This document shows, in pieces, positions 1-9,555 of a stretch of DNA of 64,000 nt. Where the stretch lies: contig CAWACO010000003.1 in assembly GCA_963780485.1 (NCBI GenBank), forward strand, positions 174,855-238,854, read 5' to 3'. Below the pieces are notes generated by a model, which ran no database searches, was not told where the DNA came from, and saw only the letters and a program-made list of their open reading frames with translations. How positions within the stretch are numbered: the stretch's first letter is position 1; each line of letters starts with the position of its first letter. The DNA is from Bryobacterales bacterium (GTDB lineage: Bacteria; Acidobacteriota; Terriglobia; Bryobacterales; Bryobacteraceae). Made by a program: the position numbers and the translations under genes.

Positions 1-119
1 TGCGGAAGAGGCGCGATCGGCAATAGTGTATAAGCCATGCCTCCCGCCAGCACCACGGCGACCGTCAAAAGGGTCGTCGCCACCGGTCTCTTGATGAATG
101 GCGCCGAAATACTGCTCAT
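1..119 (-). CDS. mdtC: RND efflux permease, N-terminal fragment only (MdtC-like second permease; gene runs off the window start)
   Basis: The minus-strand ATG at 119-117 overlaps the TGA of the upstream permease (ATGA, 116-119). The translation [39 protein letters not shown] carries the RND N-terminal signature (RPVAT, TM1, LP-x-APLP). It is absent from the ORF track because it is truncated. Confidence 0.7.
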   Translation of the reverse strand, partial: MSSISAPFIKRPVATTLLTVAVVLAGGMAYTLLPIAPLP

Positions 120-3100
120 GTCAGCTCCGGAAGTGGCGGGCGCTCCGCCGGGCTCTTGCCACGGGCGCGTGACACCCACGCTGCCATCCTGCCGAACCAC
201 AGATAAATGACCGGAGTAGTAAACAACGTAAGCACCTGGCTGATCAGCAATCCACCGATGATACTGATACCGAGCGGCTTCCGAAGCTCAGACCCGACGC
301 CACTGCCGAAAGCCAGCGGTACCGCGCCCAGCAGAGCCGCCATGGTGGTCATCATGATGGGACGGAAGCGCAGCAGGCAGGCCTGGTATATCGCTTCCTC
401 CGGTGTTTTCCCTTCGTTGCGTTCGGCTTCCAGAGCGAAATCGATCATCATGATCGCGTTTTTCTTTACAATACCGATCAAAAGTATGATGCCGATGAGC
501 GCAATGACGTCCAGATCCTCATGGAAAAGCATGAGCGCGGCAATAGCGCCAACGCCTGCCGAAGGCAAGGTGGAAAGAATGGTGAGCGGGTGAATGTAGC
601 TTTCGTACAGCACACCCAGCACGATGTAAACAGTTACGATGGCCGCGAGAATCAGCAGCGATTCGTTAGCCAGAGAGGACTCGAACGCGTGAGCAGTGCC
701 CTGAAATGTAGGTTCGATGCTGCCCGGCAACCCCAGATCCTTGGTGGTTTGACGGATATGATTGACCGCCGCGCCTAGCGATGCGCCGGGCGCCAGATTA
801 AACGAGAGAGTGACCACGGGAAACTGCGCCTGGTGATTGATCGCGATCGGAGTCGTTACGGGAATAGCCCGCGTAAATGAGCTGAGGGGCGCCTGCCCAA
901 CGGCCGCCGCTCCCGTGAGCGCGGTATTCGTTCCTGCCAGCGCGACAGTGGAGGCAAGATTTTGCGAGGCCGAGCCAATTTGCACATAAATATCTTTGAG
1001 CGAATTCGCGCTGGTTTGCCATTGCGGGCCAGCTTCCAGCACCACATGATACTGATTGGATTGCGTGAAGATGGTCGACACCTGTCGTTGACCGAAGGCG
1101 TCATAGAGCGCGTCATCGATATTCTGGGGAGTGATACCGAACCGCCCAGCCGTGTCGCGATCGATTACAACGCGCAGCCCGGCGCCCGCGTTGAGCAGGT
1201 CACTGGCCACGTCGCGCAGTTCGGGAAGCTGCTGCAACCGCGCTTGCAGTCTGGGCACCCACAGGTCCAGCGTCGCTTTGTCGGGGGCGTCCAGAGCATA
1301 TTGATACTGCGTGCGGCTGATGCGGTCTTCTACCGTGAGATCCTGTACCGGCTGCATGAAGAGGGCGATGCCGGGAACCTGGGCCGCCAACTTCGGTTGA
1401 ATCCTGCGAATCACGTCCACGGCTGAAACGCCGGCCCGCTCCTCCAGAGGTTTGAGCGTGATCTGAATGCGGCCATTGTTCAGAGTGGTATTTTGACCGT
1501 CGATGCCGATAAATGACGTCAGATTCTCAACCGCGGGGTCTTGAAGAATGACCTTTGCAAGTTCCTGCTGGCGGCGGCTCATGGCGGGGAACGAAATGGC
1601 GTCCGGCGCCTGGGAAATGCCCAGAATCACGCCCGTGTCCTGAACCGGGAAAAAGCCCTTCGGGACTATTGCATACAGATAGATGGTGAGAACCAATGTT
1701 CCGAGCGCGACCATCAACGTCAGAGTTTGATGGCGCAAAACCACCCGAACCATTTTTCCGTAATGCTCGATAGTCTTGACAAAACACCACTCCGACCAGC
1801 GGTACAGGCGGCCCTGCTCGCGCTCCGGCTTGTGCTTCAGGATTCTCGCCGCCATCATGGGGGTCAAAGTCAGGGAGACGAAGGCCGAGAAGAGGATCGT
1901 AACCGCCAGAGTCACGGCGAATTCCCGGAACAGGCGGCCAACGATGTCCGCCATGAACAGGAGCGGAATCAAGACTGCGATCAGCGAAACTGTCAGCGAG
2001 ATAATAGTGAATCCGATCTCGGCGGATCCTTTGAGCGCGGCTTCCATGGGCGAATCGCCCATCTCGATGTATCGGGAGATATTCTCTATCATGACGATGG
2101 CGTCGTCCACCACAAAGCCAGTGGAAATGGTGAGAGCCATCAAAGAGAGGTTGTCCAGGCTGTACCCGAGCAGATACATAACGCCAAACGTGCCGACCAG
2201 TGAAAGAGGCACGGCAATGCCGGGAATGATTGTGGCCGACAGGCTGCGGATAAAAAGAAAGATGACCATCACCACCAGCGCGATGGTGAGCATCAATTCG
2301 AATTCGACATCCTTCACCGAAGCGCGGATGGTGGTGGTCCGGTCGGTGATAACCTCGACGTTCACGCCCGGCGGCAGCGACGCGCGAATCTGTGGAAGCA
2401 GCGCCTGGATTGTATCCACCACCCCGATGATATTGGTCCCTGGCTGGCGTTGAATATTGAGAACGATGGCCTGGTCGGTACCCACCCAGGCTGCCTGCTT
2501 GGTGTTCTCCGGCGCATCCACAATGGTTGCGACATCGGAGAGCCGCACCGGCGCGCCATTCCGGTAGGCGATGATAATGGGCTTGTACTGTTCTCCCGAA
2601 CTGAGTTGGTCGTTGTCGTTGATAGTCCACGCTTGATCGGCGCCGTCGAAGTTGCCCTTGGCCTGGTTTACGTTCGCGCTGCTGAGGGCGGTTCGCAGGG
2701 TGTCGAGACTGAGGCCGTAGGAGGCCAGCGCGGTGGGGTTCGCTTGTACTCGCACAGCGCGCCGCTGTCCGCCGCTGATGCTCACCAGGCCCACTCCCTT
2801 GAGCTGCGATATTCTCTGCGCCATCCGCGTTTCAGCGTAGTCTTCGATATTGATAAGCGGCACGGTCTTTGACTTGATAGCCAAAGTCAGCACCGGAGCG
2901 TCGGCGGGATTGATCTTGCTATAGATGGGCGGATTAGGCAGCAGGTTCGGCAAATAAGTTCCGGCTTGGTTGATGGCCGCCTGCACTTCCTGCTCGGCCA
3001 CGTCAATGCTGAGATCGAGCGAGAATTGCAAAGTGATCAGCGAACTGCCATAGGAGCTGATGGACGTCATCTGGGTCAGTCCAGGCACCTGCCCAAACTG

Positions 3101-3307
3101 CTTCTCCAGCGGGGCTGTAACCGCCGAAGTCATCACCTCCGGACTCGCGCCGGGATAGAAAGTCTGGATCTGGATGGTTGGATAGTCGACCTGCGGCAAC
3201 GCCGAGACCGGCAATTGAAAATAGGCGACCATGCCGACCAGCACTATACCGGCCATCATGAGCGAAGTCGCCACCGGCCGCAGAATAAAAATGCGGGATG
3301 GACTCAC
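116..3307 (-). CDS. mdtB: RND multidrug efflux permease, MdtB-like
   Basis: 1063-aa ORF that is near-colinear with my recollection of E. coli MdtB. Shared motifs include [58 protein letters not shown] and [15 protein letters not shown]. It overlaps both neighbours by 4 nt. Confidence 0.9.
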   Translation of the reverse strand: MSPSRIFILRPVATSLMMAGIVLVGMVAYFQLPVSALPQVDYPTIQIQTFYPGASPEVMTSAVTAPLEKQFGQVPGLTQMTSISSYGSSLITLQFSLDLSIDVAEQEVQAAINQAGTYLPNLLPNPPIYSKINPADAPVLTLAIKSKTVPLINIEDYAETRMAQRISQLKGVGLVSISGGQRRAVRVQANPTALASYGLSLDTLRTALSSANVNQAKGNFDGADQAWTINDNDQLSSGEQYKPIIIAYRNGAPVRLSDVATIVDAPENTKQAAWVGTDQAIVLNIQRQPGTNIIGVVDTIQALLPQIRASLPPGVNVEVITDRTTTIRASVKDVEFELMLTIALVVMVIFLFIRSLSATIIPGIAVPLSLVGTFGVMYLLGYSLDNLSLMALTISTGFVVDDAIVMIENISRYIEMGDSPMEAALKGSAEIGFTIISLTVSLIAVLIPLLFMADIVGRLFREFAVTLAVTILFSAFVSLTLTPMMAARILKHKPEREQGRLYRWSEWCFVKTIEHYGKMVRVVLRHQTLTLMVALGTLVLTIYLYAIVPKGFFPVQDTGVILGISQAPDAISFPAMSRRQQELAKVILQDPAVENLTSFIGIDGQNTTLNNGRIQITLKPLEERAGVSAVDVIRRIQPKLAAQVPGIALFMQPVQDLTVEDRISRTQYQYALDAPDKATLDLWVPRLQARLQQLPELRDVASDLLNAGAGLRVVIDRDTAGRFGITPQNIDDALYDAFGQRQVSTIFTQSNQYHVVLEAGPQWQTSANSLKDIYVQIGSASQNLASTVALAGTNTALTGAAAVGQAPLSSFTRAIPVTTPIAINHQAQFPVVTLSFNLAPGASLGAAVNHIRQTTKDLGLPGSIEPTFQGTAHAFESSLANESLLILAAIVTVYIVLGVLYESYIHPLTILSTLPSAGVGAIAALMLFHEDLDVIALIGIILLIGIVKKNAIMMIDFALEAERNEGKTPEEAIYQACLLRFRPIMMTTMAALLGAVPLAFGSGVGSELRKPLGISIIGGLLISQVLTLFTTPVIYLWFGRMAAWVSRARGKSPAERPPLPELT

Positions 3308-4713
3308 TGCTGAGGCGCCCCTTTGCCCGCGGGACGATTAGAACCCCCAGGCTGACCCTTGTTCTGACCGCCACCATTACCGCCTTTATTGCGGCCCTTG
3401 CCGCGATTGGCCAGTGCAGCAGCATCAGCAGCGGCTTCTCTTTCGACTTCACCGGCCTGGCGGACACGAACCCTCGAGCCTTCCTCCAACCGGTCGGCCC
3501 CGTCCACAGCCACTTCTTCTCCTACCTTGAGGCCGCTCTTGATGTCGGCGCCGGACTGATCCGATGTCAGGACTTCGACCGGGCGGAGGTGCGCGGTCTG
3601 GTTTTCGTCAATAACATAAACAAATGTTCCCTGCTGGCCAGTCTGAACAGCGACAGTCGGCACCAGGATCTGGTTTTGCAACGTGTCCACCAGCAGGTGG
3701 ATGTTGACGAACTGCTGCGGGAACAACTCGAAATCTTTGTTGTCGAAAATGGCTTTCAATTTGGAGGTACCGGTGGTGCTGTCGATCTGGTTGTCCAGCG
3801 TTACTAGCGTTCCCGAAGTGAGCTTCTTGGAATTGTCGCGATTGTATGCGTCCACGGGCAAGTGCGCGCCCGCACGCAGCTTCTTAGTAACCTCGGGAAG
3901 ATTGTCTTCTGGAATTGTGAAGAGCACCGAAATGGGCTGAAGCTGCGTGATCACGATCATTCCAGTGCTGTCGGAAGCATGCACGATATTGCCGGGGTCA
4001 ACCAGCCGCAGCCCTACCGTGCCGGTGATCGGCGCGATGATTTTGGCATAAGTCAACTGCAACCTGGCGTTGTCGACGTTCGCTTTGTCCTGCGCAATGC
4101 TGCCTTCGTACTGGGCCACCAGTGCCTTCTGGGTGTCCAACTGCTGTGTGGGAATGGCTTGCTGCTTAACCAGACCGTCATACCGGGCCAGATCGACTTT
4201 CGCATTTTCCAGCAGCGCACTATCATGGGCCAGCGTTCCCTCAGCTTGCGCCAACATTACTTGGAAAGGCCGGGGATCGATCTCGCACAGAACCTGCCCC
4301 TCTTTAACAAGATCCCCTTCCTGAAAATTGACCTTCATGAGCTGGCCGTCCACGCGGGACTTAACCGTCACGGTATAGAAGGCTGTCACGTTGCCCAATC
4401 CGTCCAGGTATATCGGGACCGAGCCGGAACGCGCCTTCGCGACCACAACCGGTAGCGGCCCACCGCCGAAGCCGCCTCGCCCTCCTTTTCCTCCAAAGCC
4501 GCCTTTGCCCTGGTTGTTCTGGGGAATCAGGCCTGGCTTAGAGGCCCTCCAAACGGCGTAAGCCGTTACGCCTATTACGATTACAAGGAAAAAAAACCAG
4601 ATAAAGCCGCGTTTCCTTGGCTTGCTAGGGGCCTTGCCGGGAGGATAGGGTACCTCCCTGCCACGCTCTCCAGCATGGGGTTCTGTGGCTGTGGTTGTCG
4701 TATTAGTCATCAT
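3304..4713 (-). CDS. mdtA: RND periplasmic adaptor (membrane fusion protein), MdtA-like, with Gly-rich N- and C-terminal tails
   Basis: 469-aa ORF directly upstream of the permease and overlapping it. It has one N-terminal TM helix and HlyD-type lipoyl/beta-barrel motifs ([25 protein letters not shown]). It also carries [15 protein letters not shown] and [14 protein letters not shown] low-complexity tracts. Confidence 0.85.
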   Translation of the reverse strand: MMTNTTTTATEPHAGERGREVPYPPGKAPSKPRKRGFIWFFFLVIVIGVTAYAVWRASKPGLIPQNNQGKGGFGGKGGRGGFGGGPLPVVVAKARSGSVPIYLDGLGNVTAFYTVTVKSRVDGQLMKVNFQEGDLVKEGQVLCEIDPRPFQVMLAQAEGTLAHDSALLENAKVDLARYDGLVKQQAIPTQQLDTQKALVAQYEGSIAQDKANVDNARLQLTYAKIIAPITGTVGLRLVDPGNIVHASDSTGMIVITQLQPISVLFTIPEDNLPEVTKKLRAGAHLPVDAYNRDNSKKLTSGTLVTLDNQIDSTTGTSKLKAIFDNKDFELFPQQFVNIHLLVDTLQNQILVPTVAVQTGQQGTFVYVIDENQTAHLRPVEVLTSDQSGADIKSGLKVGEEVAVDGADRLEEGSRVRVRQAGEVEREAAADAAALANRGKGRNKGGNGGGQNKGQPGGSNRPAGKGAPQQ

Positions 4714-5015
4714 TCAATAAGGATCTTTGCCGAAACTCAAGAGAATTGACGGGACGAACAGCCCTAAGGTAACATGGCTATCCCATGAAAGGGTTGGGCC
4801 TGTTACCGGTGACCGCTGCCGCCCAGCTTTGAGGCCGCTCTACTGTTTGGATCCCCCTGGCCGCTGGCCTTCGGTGTAGCCGCTCAAACCGTTGAGCTTG
4901 TCGGTGATCTCGGCAAGATTCTGCTCGGTTCGGTGCTGAAACTCGCGCAGATCGCAAATGGGTTCGCTCTGCTGCTTTTAGCGCGGAGGGTCGTCAGCTC
5001 CGACGCTCGGACCGC

Positions 5016-5777
5016 TCACCGCCCCGGCTTCATCCTGTGCGCCTCGTACACCGCCGCCGCCCCCGGTGACGTTAAGTATTCCAATAGTGCTTTCGCCGCC
5101 GCCGGATCTTTCGCGTGAGCGGATACGAACCCCACCAAACTGGTCGGAGTCGAAATCTCACGTGGCAGCGGCCCCACCACATCGATGCCAGGTTCTTCCA
5201 TTTCGCTGAGGAACGTCAGGCCGATCTCCGCCTCGCCCTTGGCGACCATGGCCATCGCCGCGGCGCCGCCTTGAGCCAGCTTGATCTTCGGCTGCATTTG
5301 CTCGGTCAAGCCCAGTTGCTTCAGTGTCTCATCGAAGCTCACACCCGCCGCCGCGCCGCGCGAGCCGTCCGGATAGGAAATGGAGTTCGCCGCTAGAAGC
5401 ATCCGTTTTACCGCTTCCGGCGTCGAGATGTCCGGCTTGGGCGCGCCCTTCCGTACAGCAACGCCCAAAGCAACGCTCGCGAGCGGACTCGCGCTTTCAA
5501 CAACCACGTTGCCCGAGGCGAGCACTTCCTGGTAGGGCGGCTGCACGATCGGCACGTCGAAAGCCTCGCCGCGCGCCACCTGCTGCCGAGTGCCCCCGCC
5601 GGAACCGAAGGTCGCCTTCACCTTCTGTCCCGTTTTGCTCTCAAAGCCTGGGATTAGCTGCTCGATCGCTCCCCGGATGCCGCCCGGCGCGATGAGCGTG
5701 ATCTGGCTCTGCGCGCGCGCCCCGTCCCAATTGCCCACCAGAAGGACGCCGGCGAACAACGCAAGCAGATGTTTCAT
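5016..5777 (-). CDS. Periplasmic substrate-binding protein, ModA-like (type 2 PBP), orphan
   Basis: 253 aa with a signal peptide (MKHLLALFAGVLLVG...ARAQ) and an FGSGGG motif followed by a two-lobe PBP pattern like molybdate/tungstate binders. No permease or ATPase gene is adjacent. Confidence 0.65.
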   Translation of the reverse strand: MKHLLALFAGVLLVGNWDGARAQSQITLIAPGGIRGAIEQLIPGFESKTGQKVKATFGSGGGTRQQVARGEAFDVPIVQPPYQEVLASGNVVVESASPLASVALGVAVRKGAPKPDISTPEAVKRMLLAANSISYPDGSRGAAAGVSFDETLKQLGLTEQMQPKIKLAQGGAAAMAMVAKGEAEIGLTFLSEMEEPGIDVVGPLPREISTPTSLVGFVSAHAKDPAAAKALLEYLTSPGAAAVYEAHRMKPGR

Positions 5778-5817
5778 GATGCTTTAGACAGTAACGCAAC
5801 GCTGGTTAGCGCGACAA

Positions 5818-6189
5818 TTGGGGTCATGCGGATTCGATTCTTCTCATGCAATCCTCGTCTGGTCCGTCCCCGCCTTCCCTCAACCCGCTCTTGTCCCTGC
5901 TCCGGGCCTCACTTACTCCACTTATCTCCGCAGCAGTTTCACACCGGCCGCCGTCACCACCGACTCCGCGGGCAACGTTTACCTCGCCGGCAGCACTAAC
6001 GTCGACCCAGCCACCCGCCAAACTGCCGCCCTGGTCGTCAAGCTGAATCCCAAAGGCGCGGAGTACCTCTACGTGCGGACTTTTGGTGGCTCCTCGAGAG
6101 ACACCGCCTCCGCAATCGCCCTCGATAGCGCCGGCAACGCCTACATCGCCGGGACCGCCGGCGCGCCGCTCGCCAGATGTTCTGGGTGA
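5818..6189 (+). pseudogene. Remnant of an SBBP (beta-propeller repeat) surface protein, about two repeats only
   Basis: The translation contains YSTYL...DSAGNVYLAGST and TFGGSSRDTASAIALDSAGNAYIAGTAG, the repeat signature of SBBP proteins that are normally hundreds to thousands of residues long. The ORF stops after 123 codons, 24 nt before the next gene. Confidence 0.35.
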
Positions 6190-6212
6190 GCCCATAACTG
6201 TTACGTTAGAAC

Positions 6213-7205
6213 ATGCGAATTCACCTTCTGTTGGCTCTTTCGTGCGTAGCCGGGGCGCAGACTCCGAACGTGGTCAAGTATCACGCCACCATCAACGATG
6301 TGAAGTATCTGTACGGCTCGGCAGCGCCCGTCGCGCGTGTAAAGCCTGGGGACATCATCGAGACCAATACGCTGGACGCGTTCGGCAACGTCCTGAAGAA
6401 GCCCGGCGACAAGCAGAGCATGGTCAAGGGCGACAACCCGCTCACTGGTCCCTTTTATGTGGAGGGCGCGCAACCGGGCGACACGCTAGCCGTGAAGTTT
6501 CTCGATTTGCAGGTGGATGGCAATCAGGGCGTGGGAGCATTCGCGCCGGGCTTCGGGGCCTTGAATGAAACCGGCTACACGCCCATGCTCCATACGCCGC
6601 TGCCCGAAAAAATCTGGTTCTATCCCATCGACAAGGCGAGCAACACGGCCACCTTCCAGGCCCTCGACTCGAAATTTTCGGTGAAGATTCCGTTGCACCC
6701 CTTCTTCGGCTGCATCGGAGTCGCGCCCGCCGGTGGCGAAGCGCGCAGTTCCATCGTGCCCGCGGAATTCGGCGGTAATATGGACGCGCCCGAGGCCAGC
6801 GTGGGCAATACTTTGTATCTTCCGGTCAACGTGCCGGGCGCGCTGCTCTACATGGGCGACGGTCATGCCGCGATGGGCGATGGCGAAGTGGCCGGGACGG
6901 CGATTGAAGTGGCGCTGCTAGCGCGAGTGCAGGTCGGCGTCATCAAGGGCAGGAAGATCAGTTGGCCGCGTTTCGAGAACGACGATTCCATCATGGCCGT
7001 GGGCGCCTATCGGCCGCTCGACGACGCGCTGCGAATCGCCTTCACCGAACTAGTCGACTGGATCCACAAAGATTACGGGCTATCGAGCCTGGATGCGTAC
7101 GAGCTGCTGTCGAAGGTGGCGAAGATCCATCTGGATGAGATGGTCGACCCCAACTACGTCATAGTCGCATCCATCGAGAAGAAGTTTCTACCGAAAAAGA
7201 GGTAA
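6213..7205 (+). CDS. Acetamidase/formamidase family amidohydrolase, secreted
   Basis: 330 aa with a signal peptide (MRIHLLLALSCVAGAQ) and FmdA/AmdA motifs (GPFYVEGAQPGDTL, EFGGNMD, YMGDGHAAMGDGEV). Confidence 0.85.
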   Translation: MRIHLLLALSCVAGAQTPNVVKYHATINDVKYLYGSAAPVARVKPGDIIETNTLDAFGNVLKKPGDKQSMVKGDNPLTGPFYVEGAQPGDTLAVKFLDLQVDGNQGVGAFAPGFGALNETGYTPMLHTPLPEKIWFYPIDKASNTATFQALDSKFSVKIPLHPFFGCIGVAPAGGEARSSIVPAEFGGNMDAPEASVGNTLYLPVNVPGALLYMGDGHAAMGDGEVAGTAIEVALLARVQVGVIKGRKISWPRFENDDSIMAVGAYRPLDDALRIAFTELVDWIHKDYGLSSLDAYELLSKVAKIHLDEMVDPNYVIVASIEKKFLPKKR

Positions 7206-7209
7206 GCTT

Positions 7210-8571
7210 CTATACTTTCTTCAACGCGCTCGCCATATTATTGAGCGCCATCTCCAGCGTTTTCCGCGACGTCGCCAGATTCATCCGCATATGGCCCGCA
7301 CCGCCCAAGCCGTAATTCGATCCGGCGTTGATCTGCACCTTCGCATTCTGGACGAACCAGCGTTCCATCACGTTCTCGGGCGTGATCGGTTTCCTCGAAG
7401 TGTTGGTCTTATTGGCCTCCGCGGCCAGTTCCTTAGCTCCGATTTTGTCCTCTACCGCGCTGACATCCAGCCAGGCCAGATACGTGCCTTGCGCTTTGAC
7501 CCACTTGACGAGTGGCATGTTCGCGCGAATGTACGACTCCGCGAAGTCATGATTGCCATCGATATACGGCACCAATTGATCCAGCCAATCCCCCGCTTCG
7601 GTGTAGGCCGCCAGGCTCGCCACAATACCCAGGGTATTGGACTCCTGTCTATAGTTCGCTTTCACTCTGGCGATAAGGTCCGCATTGTCCGAGAACATCC
7701 ACGCGCTTTTCATGGCCGACAAGCCGAATGATTTACTCACGGACTTGAACGTAATGCTGTTCATTACGATCTCTTTGTTCGCGAGCGTGCTGTAGGGAGT
7801 GTACTTGTTGCCCTTGGTCACGAAATCACAGTGAATTTCATCGGCCAGCACCACCACGCGGCGCTTGGTGCAAATTTCACCGATTTTCGTCAGATCCTCA
7901 CGCGACCAGCAATTGCCAGTCGGATTATGCGGATTGCAAACGATCATGGTGTTGGTGTCATGACTAATGCGCCGTTCCAAATCGTCGAAATCGATCGAAT
8001 AACGGCCGTTGGCCAGCTTCATGGGACACTCTTCCGGTGTGCACCCGACATAAGAGATGTCGCCATAGAAGCCGTCATAGGCGGGCGTCAGCAGGAGGAT
8101 CTTGCTTCCCCGCGGCGAAAAGGTCTCCAGCACGCTGATGATGCCGTTGTGAACGCCGGTGGTCAGCAGCATCAAATCCGGATTGATATCGATGCCATAA
8201 CGCCGTTTGTTCCAATTGACGATAGCGTCGGTAACGGACTTGGGCATCTCCAGGTAGCCCCAGTTCTCGTGCTGGATTCGCTTCGCCAGCGCCTTGGTGA
8301 TAGCCGGCGCGCACCGAAAATCCATATCCGCGATGCCCATGCCCGCGGCGATATTGTCTTTGCCGTAGAGCTTGATCTGCCGGTCCCACTTGATGCAATC
8401 GGTCCCGATCCGGTTGTAGGGGGTGTCGAAATCATACTTGCCGCCCGTCGTGGCATCCGCCGCGAAGGCAGCCACGGTCCCCAGTGAGCCCGTTCCTGCC
8501 GCGCCCACCAGCGCCGTCATTTGAGCATTCCTCAGGAACGCTCTGCGATTCAGCCCATCGTTGCGAGACAT
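7210..8571 (-). CDS. PLP-dependent aminotransferase class I/II, MalY/PatB-type C-S lyase, with a twin-arginine signal peptide
   Basis: Body motifs resemble PatB/MalY (YDFDTPYNRIGTDCIKWD, NPHNPTG, SVSKSFGLS with the PLP lysine context). The N-terminus MSRNDGLNRRAFLRNAQMTALVGAAGTGSLGTVAAFAAD has an RR motif, an h-region and AxA. I chose the ATG at 8571 because GGAG lies about 9 nt upstream. The ORF track starts 18 codons earlier, at 8625. Confidence 0.8.
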   Translation of the reverse strand: MSRNDGLNRRAFLRNAQMTALVGAAGTGSLGTVAAFAADATTGGKYDFDTPYNRIGTDCIKWDRQIKLYGKDNIAAGMGIADMDFRCAPAITKALAKRIQHENWGYLEMPKSVTDAIVNWNKRRYGIDINPDLMLLTTGVHNGIISVLETFSPRGSKILLLTPAYDGFYGDISYVGCTPEECPMKLANGRYSIDFDDLERRISHDTNTMIVCNPHNPTGNCWSREDLTKIGEICTKRRVVVLADEIHCDFVTKGNKYTPYSTLANKEIVMNSITFKSVSKSFGLSAMKSAWMFSDNADLIARVKANYRQESNTLGIVASLAAYTEAGDWLDQLVPYIDGNHDFAESYIRANMPLVKWVKAQGTYLAWLDVSAVEDKIGAKELAAEANKTNTSRKPITPENVMERWFVQNAKVQINAGSNYGLGGAGHMRMNLATSRKTLEMALNNMASALKKV

Positions 8572-8810
8572 GCGTTTTACTCCTGTTCCGCCAGCTTGGC
8601 TTTCACCGTCCTCATTAGCATACACCCAGCCGCGCCCGAAAGCTCAAAAGGAGCCGCTCAGAGACCGCGAGAAACGAGCACCCGACAAGGGGGGGCAGCA
8701 CGTGACATTACGAAGCCCGCAACTCTACTGCCTCGGCATACTCCGCAGTTGCCCTAGCAAGCGCCGTTTGAGCTTCACAGACTCATTCGCCTAAGTCTAC
8801 GTGACTACCG

Positions 8811-8816
8811 TATAAT
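8811..8816 (+). promoter_or_regulatory. Candidate -10 box (perfect TATAAT) 8 nt upstream of the GTG of the toxin-like ORF
   Basis: TATAAT at 8811-8816. No good -35 element lies at 17-bp spacing. If used, it implies a near-leaderless transcript. Confidence 0.25.
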
Positions 8817-8824
8817 CGGGTTTA

Positions 8825-9199
8825 GTGAGTGTGACGGTCCTTGAAACCGAAGCATACGCGCAGAGATCGAAGGAGCTGCTCACGGATGAAGAGCGCGAAG
8901 CTGTTCGTGCCTTCTTGGCTGAATACCACGAGGCCGGTGAATCATCGTACCGCGCCTGTCCGGTTTACGGAAATTGCGATGGAGGCAGCGCAGCCGGAAC
9001 AAGGGAAAGTGTGTACTTCTACGCGGTTCCAGAACGTATTGTGCTCTTGTATGCCTACTCGAAGGACGAAAAGGAAGATTTGACGAATGCCGATCGCAAG
9101 AACCTCAAAGCAGCAGCGGACGAGCTTAAAGCTGCAATCGCCAAGGACAAATCGAGGTCGCACGACCAAGTTGGGCGACGAGCTGGTAAAAGGTCTTAA
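8825..9199 (+). CDS. HigB-2/RelE-like (PF06296-type) toxin homologue, probably degenerate
   Basis: The N-terminal part (ELLTDEEREAVRAFLAEYHEAGE) and the C-terminal part (VYFYAVPERIVLLYAYSKDEKEDLTNADRKNLK) fit the HigB-2 family in the ORF frame. The family core motif GLRKLRW...NKGK is encoded at 8941-9009 in a different frame (see findings). Confidence 0.55.
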   Translation: MSVTVLETEAYAQRSKELLTDEEREAVRAFLAEYHEAGESSYRACPVYGNCDGGSAAGTRESVYFYAVPERIVLLYAYSKDEKEDLTNADRKNLKAAADELKAAIAKDKSRSHDQVGRRAGKRS

Positions 9200-9467
9200 G
9201 CAAGCCGCTGCTCACTTCCGCGGCGAGGTGAAGTTGCCGAGCTACGAGTACCGCATTCCAGACAGAATCGATGTTCGCGCGGTGCGTCAACGCAGTGGTC
9301 TCTCACAGGCACAGTTTGCGATTCTTTATGCCCTGAATCCTCGGACGGTTCAAGAATGGGAGCAGGGCCGTGCGGAGCCGGATCTAGCAGTGCGCGCTTA
9401 CCTCACTGTCATTGATCGAAACCCCCGCGCGGTCCAAAGGGCCTTAGCCGCCGGCGCGAAGTGCTGA
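9171..9467 (+). CDS. HigA-2-like XRE-family helix-turn-helix antitoxin
   Basis: The sequence VRAVRQRSGLSQAQFAILYALNPRTVQEWEQGRAEPDLAVRAYLTVIDRNPRAV is the HTH plus WEQGRR-type motif of antitoxins that pair with PF06296 toxins. The start is uncertain. TTG 9171 gives the family-typical N-terminus (GDELVKGLKQ). ATG 9087 is the alternative. Confidence 0.7.
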   Translation: MGDELVKGLKQAAAHFRGEVKLPSYEYRIPDRIDVRAVRQRSGLSQAQFAILYALNPRTVQEWEQGRAEPDLAVRAYLTVIDRNPRAVQRALAAGAKC

Positions 9468-9498
9468 TGTGCGATCTCCCCTCTTTCGCGTAACCCGA

Positions 9499-9514
9499 TA
9501 GCCCAAAAGGGCTA
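9499..9514 (+). terminator. Weak hairpin after the antitoxin gene (TAGCCC-AAAA-GGGCTA)
   Basis: 6-bp stem and 4-nt loop, 32 nt after the stop, followed by an only partly T-rich tail (ATTGATAT). Confidence 0.2.
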
Positions 9515-9555
9515 ATTGATATACTCCCGACCCAAGAACGTAGGAAGATAGCATT

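Noticed and set aside
1527-2630. A 367-aa ORF and many other 60-250-aa ORFs lying antisense to, or out of frame within, the large genes. Examples: 207-593, 1541-2203, 1776-2453, 11111-12169, 15423-16157, 27144-27893, 36954-37844, 42251-43048.
   Set aside because: These are typical shadow ORFs of GC-rich DNA. They have Arg/Gly/Pro/His-rich nonsense composition and no family motifs. They always overlap an ORF with clear homology-type motifs in another frame.
4840-4976. A minus-strand open stretch with protein-like composition (...ICDLREFQHRTEQNLAEITDKLNGLSGYTEGQRPGGSKQ-stop) in the gap between mdtA and the ModA-like gene.
   Set aside because: There is no ATG, GTG or TTG start in frame before the last few codons, and an in-frame TAA lies just upstream. 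It is at most a gene remnant, and I cannot assign a family.
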